A DNA stretch of 15,683 bases, from contig JARRQT010000045.1 in the NCBI GenBank assembly GCA_037381445.1, positions 1-15,683 on the forward strand, read 5' to 3'. This document shows, piece by piece, positions 7,297-15,566 of the stretch. The position numbers and the translations under genes were made by a program. This DNA is from Calditrichia bacterium. GTDB taxonomy: Bacteria; Calditrichota; Calditrichia; RBG-13-44-9. The notes beneath the pieces were generated by a model. That model did not search any database, was not told the origin of the DNA, and was given only the letters and a program-made list of their open reading frames with translations. Position 1 is the first letter of the stretch. Every line of letters starts with the position of its first letter.

Positions 7297-9876
7297 CTAA
7301 TGCTGGTACCATTTCACGAGTCCCAATTCCACAGGATTGACCAGGTGAGGGTGATGGGGAAGTATGCGCAGGGAGTAAAAGAAATTGCCACTGTCGGAAG
7401 GGGCAATAGCAGCCTTATAGACAAATTTACCATTTTCCTTCTTTTCAACAAATTCCATATCATAAATTTCGAATGAAGGCTCGGAATTACCAAAATTATT
7501 ATTACTGGACATATAGATCTGCACCCTGACATCCTCTGGCTGCAATTTTCCCAGACTTGCCACTGCTTCAACCTGCCAGGATTCCCCAAAATTGATATTG
7601 ATGGAATCGTTTGCTGTCTTCTTAGTATTGAATGGAGAAACGGCAGTATCAAACCATGAGTGTTCAATTTTTTCTCTCCACCTGGCCACGTCTTTGGCAA
7701 TGGCGAAATTATCCTTGCGATAATCCTCTCCGAGTTTTATGGCATCCAGATAGATGTCTTGAAGGTACTCTTTAACCATCCTTTGTGTATTAAATTTGCA
7801 TATTGTTGATTTTAAAGAATTCTTCATGACCTGGATCCACTTAACCGGAATGTTTTTCTCATTTTGGTCATAATAGAGGGGGATGATATCGTTTTCGAGG
7901 ATGTCGTACAGCTCCGCACCGTCCCATTCATCCCAGTCCTCAAAAGAATCGAAATCTTCTTTTTCACCGAATGCCCAACCGTTATTTCCTCTATAACCTT
8001 CACACCACCAGCCATCAAGAATACTGAAATTGATTCCGCCGTTCATCCCGACTTTCTGACCGCTGGTGCCGGAGGCTTCCTGAGTCCGACGGGGATTATT
8101 CAGCCACACATCCACACCGGAAACCAGATCCCGGGCCAATCCCATATCGTAATTTTCCACAAAAACAACCTTGCCACGAAATTCCGGCAGCATGGACAGG
8201 TTATGAATTTCCTTGATAAGATTTTGCCCGCCGCCATCTTTGGGGTGGGCTTTTCCGGAGAAGATCAACTGCACCGGCCGGTGAGGGTCATTGACCAAAC
8301 GGCGCAGGCGATCAAGATCGCGAAAGATGAGGGTGGCCCGCTTATAGGTGGCAAACCGTCTGGCAAAACCGATAGTTAACACATTTGGTTTCATAAGCTG
8401 ATTGACCCTCAGCATTTGCAGGGAGGCGATTTTATTTCTCTCAAACTGTTTGCTTAACCGTTCACGAATGTGGTTCAGCATTTTGCGCTTCTGGGCAAGT
8501 TTTGTCTCCCACAGGACTTCATCGGGCAATTGGTCTATTTTATCCCAGAATACAGGATCATCCTGCGTATCTTCCCAATCTTTATCAAGGTATTGTTGGA
8601 ACATGGCTTTCGTTTTTCGGGCTACCCAGCTGGCGGCATGGACACCATTTGTTATATGCTGAATGGGCACCTCGGGAGCCGGCAATTCCGGCCATACCGT
8701 CTTCCAGAGATGCCTGGAAACATCGCCGTGTAATTCACTGACACCATTGCGAAACCGGGACAGATTCAGGGAGAGGATGGTCAGATTAAAAATTTCATAT
8801 CCCTCCGGCTGGATCTGAGAGCCCAGTTCCATGAACTGGTGACGACGGATCCCTACCGATTCCCAATATTTTTGAAAATATTTGTCTTTGATATGCAGCG
8901 GGAAAGCATCATTACCTGCAGGAACGGGCGTATGGGTGGTAAAAATGGTATTGGCGCTGACAGCCTCCAGTGCTTCATCAAAGGATAACTTTTCCCGTTC
9001 CACCAACATCTTAATACGTTGAAGGGCAAGGAACACCGAATGACCCTCGTTCATATGCCAGGCAGACGGTTTGATTCCCAGCGCTTCCAGGGCGAGGACG
9101 CCGCCCATTCCCAATACAATTTCCTGCGAGATCCGCATTTCCTGATCGCCGCCATACAACCGTGAGGTTATCTCGCGATCGGCCGGCTGATTCTGAGGAA
9201 TGTTCGTATCCAGCAGATAGGCAGAAACACGCCCGACTTTCGCTTCCCAGATTTTAACCGACACCGTGCGATGCGCCAGCGGCACCTCAATGATCACAGG
9301 TTCTCCCTTGGAATTCAAGGCTGCAGATAATGGTAATTCAAGCGGATTAAGGGAGCGGTAATTGGCGATTTGATTTCCGTGTACGTCAATTTCCTGCGTA
9401 AAATAGGTCTGATAATAGAATAGACTGATTCCGACGATGGGAAACCCCAGATCGCTGGCAGATTTCAAATGATCTCCTGCCAGAACACCCAAACCGCCCG
9501 CATAAATAGGCATGGACTCATGAAATCCGAACTCAGCAGTAAAGTAAGCAATCGTTTTACTTAGTGAATCAGGGTAATTCTTTGAAAACCAGGTATTCTT
9601 TTCATTCATGTATTTGTCAAAGCCGCGCAAAGCGGCTTCATAACGTTCAATAAATTCGGGATTTGAGGCAGCTCTTTCTAATTTCTTTTGCTGCACTTCA
9701 TGAAGAAATTTAACCGGATTATGGTTTATCTCTTTCCATAAAGTTTTATCAATATCAATGAACAAATCTCTGACTTCCGGGTGCCAGGAAAAGTAAAAAT
9801 TATCAGCTAAATCTTTTAGTCTGCTGATTTTGGCAGGCAGTTGAGGTACAACTCGTACGCTTCCCAAGTATTCCAT
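7297..9876 (-). CDS. glgP: Alpha-glucan (glycogen/maltodextrin) phosphorylase, GT35, PLP-dependent
   Basis: YAGGLGVLAGDHLKSASD, RLYGGD, HMNEGH, FTTHTPVPAG, FARRFATYKR, SGKAHP and the PLP-lysine motif EASGTSGQK. RBS AGGAG upstream. Confidence 0.95.
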   Translation of the reverse strand: MEYLGSVRVVPQLPAKISRLKDLADNFYFSWHPEVRDLFIDIDKTLWKEINHNPVKFLHEVQQKKLERAASNPEFIERYEAALRGFDKYMNEKNTWFSKNYPDSLSKTIAYFTAEFGFHESMPIYAGGLGVLAGDHLKSASDLGFPIVGISLFYYQTYFTQEIDVHGNQIANYRSLNPLELPLSAALNSKGEPVIIEVPLAHRTVSVKIWEAKVGRVSAYLLDTNIPQNQPADREITSRLYGGDQEMRISQEIVLGMGGVLALEALGIKPSAWHMNEGHSVFLALQRIKMLVEREKLSFDEALEAVSANTIFTTHTPVPAGNDAFPLHIKDKYFQKYWESVGIRRHQFMELGSQIQPEGYEIFNLTILSLNLSRFRNGVSELHGDVSRHLWKTVWPELPAPEVPIQHITNGVHAASWVARKTKAMFQQYLDKDWEDTQDDPVFWDKIDQLPDEVLWETKLAQKRKMLNHIRERLSKQFERNKIASLQMLRVNQLMKPNVLTIGFARRFATYKRATLIFRDLDRLRRLVNDPHRPVQLIFSGKAHPKDGGGQNLIKEIHNLSMLPEFRGKVVFVENYDMGLARDLVSGVDVWLNNPRRTQEASGTSGQKVGMNGGINFSILDGWWCEGYRGNNGWAFGEKEDFDSFEDWDEWDGAELYDILENDIIPLYYDQNEKNIPVKWIQVMKNSLKSTICKFNTQRMVKEYLQDIYLDAIKLGEDYRKDNFAIAKDVARWREKIEHSWFDTAVSPFNTKKTANDSININFGESWQVEAVASLGKLQPEDVRVQIYMSSNNNFGNSEPSFEIYDMEFVEKKENGKFVYKAAIAPSDSGNFFYSLRILPHHPHLVNPVELGLVKWYQH

Positions 9877-9921
9877 ACGTTTTCTCCTAAATGGTTAACA
9901 GCCTTCTGAAAACAGAAGCTA

Positions 9922-9950
9922 ATAATAACAAAAATACTTTATTGATTCAA
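9922..9950 (-). promoter_or_regulatory. Putative sigma70 promoter (with extended -10) for glgP
   Basis: Minus strand TTGAAT (9950-9945), 17-bp spacer ending in TGT, TATTAT (9927-9922). Confidence 0.6.
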
Positions 9951-10119
9951 GAAGTAACTCACAAAAGGGTGACGAATTTTTAAGATTTGATGTTTTGAGG
10001 AAGAATAATTCAATTATTTCTACTTTAAACGGATAATATCATTATTATATACTTCTTCATTATTGTTTATTCAGGGACGGTATTACATATTCCCATAAAA
10101 ATATGAAATTATTTCCAGT

Positions 10120-10148
10120 TTGCCTTTCATGGGTTTAATAATTAATTT
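10120..10148 (+). promoter_or_regulatory. Putative sigma70 promoter for rocD
   Basis: TTGCCT (10120-10125), 17-bp spacer, TAATTT (10143-10148). RBS AAGGAG at about 10179-10184. Confidence 0.5.
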
Positions 10149-10193
10149 CCAGCCGCTTAGGTGAGTCAGAATAATCTTAAGGAGAGCTAAGTT

Positions 10194-11393
10194 ATGAATA
10201 CAAACGATTATATTCGGTTGGAAGACATGTACGGTGCGAACAATTACCATCCGCTTGATGTAGTGATCGAAAGGGGAGAGGGCATTTGGGTTTGGGATGT
10301 GGAAGGGAAAAAATACCTGGATTTCCTGAGCGCCTATTCCGCTTTGAATCAGGGACATTGCCATCCCAAAATTTACAGTGCGATGATTGAGCAGGCAAAA
10401 AAAGTTACCTTGACCTCCCGGGCTTTCCGGAATGATCAGTTAGGTGATTTTTATAAAAAGGTTCATGAAATTTCCGACTTGCCCAAAGTTTTGCCAATGA
10501 ATTCCGGGGCGGAAGCAGTGGAAACCGCCCTAAAAGCGGTCCGCAAATGGGCCTATAAAATTAAGCATGTGGAAGAAGACAAGGCTGAGATCATTGCCTG
10601 TGCCAATAATTTTCATGGCAGAACTATTTCAATTGTCAGCTTTTCCACCGAAGAACAATATCGGGACGGATATGGTCCCATGACGCCTGGTTTCAAAGTC
10701 ATTCCTTTTGGTGATTCCGAAGCATTGAAAAATGCCATTACCCCAAACACGGCTGCTTTTCTGGTCGAGCCTATCCAGGGTGAAGGCGGCATTCTGATCC
10801 CGCCCAGGGGATTTCTGCAGGAAGCGGAACGCATATGCAGGGAAAACAATGTCCTGTTTATCGTTGATGAAATTCAGACGGGCCTGGGCCGGACTGGCAA
10901 AATGTTTGCTTTTCAGCATGAAGATGTGCATCCTGACGGCATCATTGTAGGCAAAGCACTGAGCGGCGGCTTCTATCCCATATCCGCATTTATAAGCACA
11001 GAAGAAGTCATGTCGGTTTTTAATCCGGGAGATCACGGCAGTACCTTTGGCGGCAATCCGTTGGCTGCAGCGATCGGCACCGCTTCACTAGATGTCATTC
11101 TGGAGGAGAATCTGCCGGAGAAGGCAAAAGAACTGGGCAATTATTTTATGGAAAAGCTCCGCTCGATAAAGAGCCCCCATATCAATGAAGTACGGGGAAA
11201 AGGTCTTCTCATTGGTATCGAATTATATCCTAAAGCCGGCGGCGCCAGACGCTTCTGCGAAGCGCTCAAATCTGAGGGGCTGCTGGCCAAAGAAACTCAT
11301 GAGCATGTAATTCGTTTTGCGCCGCCGCTGGTCATCAGGCGCGAAGACATTGATTGGGCGTATGAACGCATCGAAAAAGTGCTTCAATCCTAA
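10194..11393 (+). CDS. rocD: Ornithine--oxo-acid aminotransferase (class III PLP enzyme)
   Basis: OAT-typical YGANNYHPL and [13 protein letters not shown], plus [27 protein letters not shown]-Lys in GKALSGG, and [10 protein letters not shown]. Confidence 0.95.
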   Translation: MNTNDYIRLEDMYGANNYHPLDVVIERGEGIWVWDVEGKKYLDFLSAYSALNQGHCHPKIYSAMIEQAKKVTLTSRAFRNDQLGDFYKKVHEISDLPKVLPMNSGAEAVETALKAVRKWAYKIKHVEEDKAEIIACANNFHGRTISIVSFSTEEQYRDGYGPMTPGFKVIPFGDSEALKNAITPNTAAFLVEPIQGEGGILIPPRGFLQEAERICRENNVLFIVDEIQTGLGRTGKMFAFQHEDVHPDGIIVGKALSGGFYPISAFISTEEVMSVFNPGDHGSTFGGNPLAAAIGTASLDVILEENLPEKAKELGNYFMEKLRSIKSPHINEVRGKGLLIGIELYPKAGGARRFCEALKSEGLLAKETHEHVIRFAPPLVIRREDIDWAYERIEKVLQS

Positions 11394-11420
11394 AAGAACT
11401 GATTTTAATTAATGATAGTG

Positions 11421-11458
11421 AACAAGGGGCTGGAGAACGGCTCCTTGTTATTTTATTT
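11421..11458 (+). terminator. Intrinsic terminator after rocD
   Basis: AACAAGGGGCT / GGCTCCTTGTT stem with G-U pairs, followed by ATTTTATTT. Confidence 0.8.
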
Positions 11459-11589
11459 CCTACAAATATTAATATAATATATATTATGTAAACCTGTATT
11501 AATTCCTAATTCCCTACTCTTATTAATTTGTTGATTAATTGGATGAGAATTAGGCTTGACTATCGCTCTTTTTGTTATCCATTGAAGGA

Positions 11590-12720
11590 TTAGTCAATCA
11601 AATATGGATGGCTGGATGATTCTTTTTCTAAATTGGTTGTCACGGCTGGTAAAAAATAATCGTAAAATTTAATGCGATTCAAATATGGTTCCAATTCATG
11701 CAGAGAAAGAAATATATCGTTAAGTGCCAGCTCAGACTCATATCTCTTTGCATTGAAAAATATTTGTTTGAATAAATCGATCAGCACCTCAATATTCCCT
11801 GCACTGATCTCAAATTTAATATCAATTTTATCCTCATTCTCCGGGAGAAATAAAAAATCTTTTAAAAATGGATGCCTGGATTTGAATATCTCCAGTGACT
11901 CAGAATATACCCTTCGCAATTGATAATCGGATAGCTGTTCGGACAAATGATTCGTTAGAAAATTGAAGACATCAATAAAAAGATCTTTATATGAAATCGG
12001 CAAATCTTCGAGCGGACCAGTCTCATTATCCGCTGCTTTTGCCAATTTTCTGATTTCCTCTACTGTATAACGTTTCCGTTCCAGACGAAAACTCCCGCGA
12101 TTCCATGATTGGAAGAGCGTAAAAGCCTCCGTCATTTCATAATCTTTGTAATTGAGCTCTTTAAAAGTGCCATTTTCAAAATGGATGACAGAAAAATCCT
12201 GGTCATGGGTTAAAAGTAAATTTCCTGTAAAACACGTTTTATCGCAAAAAGAAAGAATTTCATTTAAGCTGATATCCCCCAATTCTCCGCAGGCTTCTGT
12301 CATAAATTGATGTTCAGTAGAAGTGCCGAACATGGCAGGTATGCTGTTAAGAATCTGGCTAATTATTTCATTGAAATCTTCTTCCTTATTGATGACAACT
12401 GCCCTCTCCAGAGGCATATTTTTCATTAGCTGAAAGACATCATGATCATCCGCCAGAAAGGAAAAGGTTGTTTCCTTGAAATTCTTCTGGTTCTTTAAAA
12501 ATGAATATAAAGTGATGCCTTCCGTATTTTTTAATTCGAGGTTAAGAATAATGGAGTGAATGAGAGCCGTTGTATTCAGCAATTCATCCGGATCCAAAAT
12601 ATCGGTCCTGAAAATTGTTGAAAAACCTAATTTCTGCAATTCAGAACTGAGTTTTTGAGCAAAGGATAAATCAGGCTCGATAATGAGAATATTCTGTGAT
12701 GCCACTTCCCTGTCTCCCAT
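11590..12720 (-). CDS. Atypical (pseudo-)receiver domain + DUF4388/PATAN-like domain + uncharacterised C-terminal helical domain
   Basis: The N-terminus follows the REC pattern (NILIIEPD...LQKLGF...SIILNLEL...EGITLY..LK...FSFLA...INK). The middle region GELGDISLNEILSFC...TGNLLL...IHFENG...WNRGSFRL matches the DUF4388 pattern as I recall it. The start could alternatively be the GTG of VASQN. Confidence 0.65.
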   Translation of the reverse strand: MGDREVASQNILIIEPDLSFAQKLSSELQKLGFSTIFRTDILDPDELLNTTALIHSIILNLELKNTEGITLYSFLKNQKNFKETTFSFLADDHDVFQLMKNMPLERAVVINKEEDFNEIISQILNSIPAMFGTSTEHQFMTEACGELGDISLNEILSFCDKTCFTGNLLLTHDQDFSVIHFENGTFKELNYKDYEMTEAFTLFQSWNRGSFRLERKRYTVEEIRKLAKAADNETGPLEDLPISYKDLFIDVFNFLTNHLSEQLSDYQLRRVYSESLEIFKSRHPFLKDFLFLPENEDKIDIKFEISAGNIEVLIDLFKQIFFNAKRYESELALNDIFLSLHELEPYLNRIKFYDYFLPAVTTNLEKESSSHPYLID

Positions 12721-12885
12721 TCATTTTCGATAAGGTTTTTAACTCTAACTAAATTAATCGGCGTAAATAGCCGAATCTTTAAATCTTCCCAAAAAATTTC
12801 GGAAAACAATTCATTAAGAAAAGCTTATGCAATAATTGAAGTGGGGACGGAACATTGTAAAAACTAAACCAGCCCAAAATAAACT

Positions 12886-12925
12886 TGATACACATATATG
12901 CGGATATCCGCATATATGTGTATCA
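12886..12925. repeat. Perfect 40-bp palindrome without spacer; may act as the pdxST terminator hairpin
   Basis: TGATACACATATATGCGGAT|ATCCGCATATATGTGTATCA lies 6 bp after the pdxT stop. On the minus strand it is followed by AGTTTATTTT. Confidence 0.9.
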
Positions 12926-12931
12926 TAAAAC

Positions 12932-13507
12932 TCAGGATTTTGTGTCTATTTTTTTGATAAAATATTCGTGTATATAGGTATCATCTGTCAATTCAGGATG
13001 GAATGTGGCAATGATAATATTTCCATTTTCTGCCATTACTATTTCATCATTGTGAAATGCCAGGGCCCGAACCCCCTCCCCTATTTTCTCAATTTTCGGG
13101 GCGCGAATAAATACTCCCTCAAAACGCTTTACTTTTCCGTTCAGATTTAATTCAATTTCATCCACAAATGAATCGATCTGGCGGCCGTAAGCATTTCTTG
13201 CAACTTCCACATCTATGAGGTTCAGGGTTTCCATTTTGTAGTTCTTAACATGGCGGGATAAAGTAATCAGGCCAGCGCAAGTTCCCATAATTTGCCTGGT
13301 TTTGCCAAACTTCTCGATCGCAGTGTCCAGATGATTCTCTTTCAGCAGCTTTATGAAAGTGGTTGATTCACCTCCGGGAATAATTAATCCATCACATTCC
13401 TTAAGCTGTTCAGGAGTTCTTACTGCTATATTTTCGATTCCAAGTTTATCCAGCATTTTCTGATGCAGTTCAAAATCTCCCTGAACCGCAAGCACACCAA
13501 TTTTCAT
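12932..13507 (-). CDS. pdxT: PLP synthase glutaminase subunit PdxT
   Basis: MKIGVLAVQGDF, IIPGGEST, nucleophile GTCAG, RNAYGRQ, FIRAP and the FHPE His/Glu triad. I place the start at ATG 13507, 5 bp after the pdxS stop, rather than 13519. Confidence 0.95.
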   Translation of the reverse strand: MKIGVLAVQGDFELHQKMLDKLGIENIAVRTPEQLKECDGLIIPGGESTTFIKLLKENHLDTAIEKFGKTRQIMGTCAGLITLSRHVKNYKMETLNLIDVEVARNAYGRQIDSFVDEIELNLNGKVKRFEGVFIRAPKIEKIGEGVRALAFHNDEIVMAENGNIIIATFHPELTDDTYIHEYFIKKIDTKS

Positions 13508-13512
13508 GCTTT

Positions 13513-14400
13513 TTACCATCCACGCGTTTGCAATAATTGTTCTTCAGGAATTTCCTTGATATCCAGTCCGCGCATGGGTTCTTTTAATCCCTCCGAAACG
13601 CTGGCCACCAGATCGAAATCCATATAATGGGTCGTTGCGCTCACAATTGCCTTGGCTCTTCCCGCCGGATCCTCGGATTTAAAAATACCGCTTCCAACAA
13701 AAACAGATTCCGCACCCAGCTGCATCATTAAAGAAGCATCAGCAGGCGTCGCGATACCGCCGGCAGCAAAATTGGGGACAGGCAATTTCCCGTTATCTTT
13801 TACATATTTTACCAGTTCTACCGGCGCGCCAATTTTTTTCGCGTATCCCACAAGCTCTTCATCACCCAGCACGGTAATTTGTTTCAATGCCGACTGCACC
13901 GCCCGCATATGCCGCACAGCTTCGACGATGTTGCCGGTTCCCGCTTCACCTTTGGTCCGCAGCATGGCTGCTCCTTCGGCGACCCGGCGCAGTGCTTCGC
14001 CAATATCCCGGCACCCGCATACAAATGGTGGCTTAAATCCAAATTTATTAATATGATATTCTTCGTCTGCGGGTGTTAAAACTTCGCTTTCATCTATAAA
14101 ATCAATACCAAGGGATTCCAATATCTGCGCCTCCGCGAAATGGCCAATTCTGCATTTTGCCATCACGGGAATAGAAACTGAATTTTGAATATCTTTGATC
14201 AATTTTGGATTGCTCATACGCGCTACACCGCCCTGAGCACGAATATCGGCCGGAATTCTTTCCAGTGCCATGACAGCCACCGCACCGGCGTCTTCGGCAA
14301 TTTTGGCTTGCTCGGCATTGGTCACATCCATGATTACCCCGCCTTTTAGCATCTCCGCCAGGCCGACTTTCAACTTATAATTTTTGTCATCTAATAACAT
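13513..14400 (-). CDS. pdxS: PLP synthase lyase subunit PdxS
   Basis: [37 protein letters not shown] (catalytic Lys), [36 protein letters not shown] and C-terminal RGW. RBS GAGGAG. Confidence 0.98.
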   Translation of the reverse strand: MLLDDKNYKLKVGLAEMLKGGVIMDVTNAEQAKIAEDAGAVAVMALERIPADIRAQGGVARMSNPKLIKDIQNSVSIPVMAKCRIGHFAEAQILESLGIDFIDESEVLTPADEEYHINKFGFKPPFVCGCRDIGEALRRVAEGAAMLRTKGEAGTGNIVEAVRHMRAVQSALKQITVLGDEELVGYAKKIGAPVELVKYVKDNGKLPVPNFAAGGIATPADASLMMQLGAESVFVGSGIFKSEDPAGRAKAIVSATTHYMDFDLVASVSEGLKEPMRGLDIKEIPEEQLLQTRGW

Positions 14401-14437
14401 TATTTATGCTCCTCAAATTATTATTTTTAAGCTTTCA

Positions 14438-14466
14438 AATTTATTTTACCGATCTATAGAATGCAA
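14438..14466 (-). promoter_or_regulatory. Putative sigma70 promoter for pdxST
   Basis: Minus strand TTGCAT (14466-14461), 17-bp spacer, TAAATT (14443-14438). Confidence 0.55.
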
Positions 14467-14504
14467 GTTCATATAAAAATTGAATTAATTTTGTTTTTTA
14501 AGCA

Positions 14505-14533
14505 ACAAAAAACCCCGCTGATCGCGGGGCTTT
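14505..14533 (-). terminator. Intrinsic terminator after the SerA-like gene
   Basis: Minus strand AAAGCCCCGC-gatca-GCGGGGTTTTTTG is a GC-rich stem followed by a U6 tract. Confidence 0.85.
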
Positions 14534-14558
14534 CGATATTAAATTTGTATGGGTAATT

Positions 14559-15503
14559 CTATTTGGGTTTTACTGCATTCCTTATTCCTTTTCCGGCAAA
14601 CATTTCCGCAAACTGCTCGGCAATCTGGATTCCCACATTATCCTGAGCTTCCTTTGTGGCCGCACCGATATGGGGAGTGCAGATAACGCCCGGATGCTGC
14701 ACCAACTTTAGATCCTGAGGCGGTTCTGTTTCAAATACATCCAAACCGGCACCCGCCACGATGCCTTCTTCCAAAGCATCAAACAGATCGCTCTCGTTGA
14801 TGATGCCGCCGCGGGCACAATCGATAATATAGACGCCTTTTTTCATTTTTGCGAATTCGGTTTTCGAAATCAAATTCGTCGTTTCAGGGGTTTTGGGGAC
14901 GTGAATGGAAATATAGTCCGAAGAACTTAACACTTCATCCAGATTCGCCACCAGCCGGACGCCAAACTGGTCAATGATTTCGCGGCCCACATAGGGATCA
15001 TAGCAGATTACTTCCATACCCAGGCAGCGGGATTTGATGGCCACCTGCCTGCCTATTTTTCCGTAACCAATGACGCCCAGCGTCTTACCATGAACTTCAA
15101 AACCGGAAAGTTTTTTCTTTTCCCATTTACCCTCTTTAAGCGTTTGCGTTCCCATATAAATATGCCGACTTAAGGCAAATAAATAGGCAAGCGTGAGTTC
15201 AACTACTGCATTGGTATTGGCTCCGGGCGTGTTCATAACAACGATATTTTTCTCTGCAGCCGATTTCACATCAATATTGTCCACACCAGAACCGGCGCGC
15301 CCTATTACCTTAAGGTTTTTTGCGGCATCAATAATATCTTTGGTAACCTTGGTAGCACTGCGCACGACCAAACCTTCATATTCGCCGATAGCCTTTTTTA
15401 AATCCTCTGCAGAAATTCCGAATTTTTCATCAACCGTGTGTCCTGCCTCACGCATAATTTCGGCACATCTTGGGGAAGTTTTGTCACTGATTAAAATTTT
15501 CAT
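14559..15503 (-). CDS. Short D-3-phosphoglycerate dehydrogenase-like (SerA-like) D-2-hydroxyacid dehydrogenase with no ACT domain
   Basis: VRSATKV, GRAGSGVDNID, MNTPGAN, NAD-binding GYGKIG...YDPY, CARGG (Arg), DVFETEP (Glu), TPHIGAAT (His). The 314-aa protein ends right after the catalytic core. Confidence 0.85.
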   Translation of the reverse strand: MKILISDKTSPRCAEIMREAGHTVDEKFGISAEDLKKAIGEYEGLVVRSATKVTKDIIDAAKNLKVIGRAGSGVDNIDVKSAAEKNIVVMNTPGANTNAVVELTLAYLFALSRHIYMGTQTLKEGKWEKKKLSGFEVHGKTLGVIGYGKIGRQVAIKSRCLGMEVICYDPYVGREIIDQFGVRLVANLDEVLSSSDYISIHVPKTPETTNLISKTEFAKMKKGVYIIDCARGGIINESDLFDALEEGIVAGAGLDVFETEPPQDLKLVQHPGVICTPHIGAATKEAQDNVGIQIAEQFAEMFAGKGIRNAVKPK

Positions 15504-15548
15504 AGGGTCGCCCTTTATCTTTTGTTTCAGGATATTTATGAAAATAAG

Positions 15549-15566
15549 TTGTGAATTAATTCATAT
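15549..15566. promoter_or_regulatory. Candidate Rex-type operator
   Basis: TTGTGAA-TTAA-TTCATAT matches 12 of the 14 defined positions of TTGTGAAnnnnTTCACAA. It lies 46-63 bp upstream of the SerA-like ATG. Confidence 0.45.

Noticed and set aside
7314..8741. Alternative-frame and antisense ORFs inside glgP
   Set aside because: All are nested in an uninterrupted phosphorylase gene and show no independent coding evidence.
13508..13519. PdxT start at 13519 (MVKS extension) overlapping pdxS
   Set aside because: PdxT homologs typically begin at MKIGVL, and ATG 13507 avoids the overlap. The upstream start cannot be fully excluded.
14481..14490. TGAATTAATT shared with the Rex-like box at 15552-15561
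   Set aside because: The flanking bases do not complete the dyad here, and a 10-mer that is 90% AT is likely to recur by chance in these spacers.
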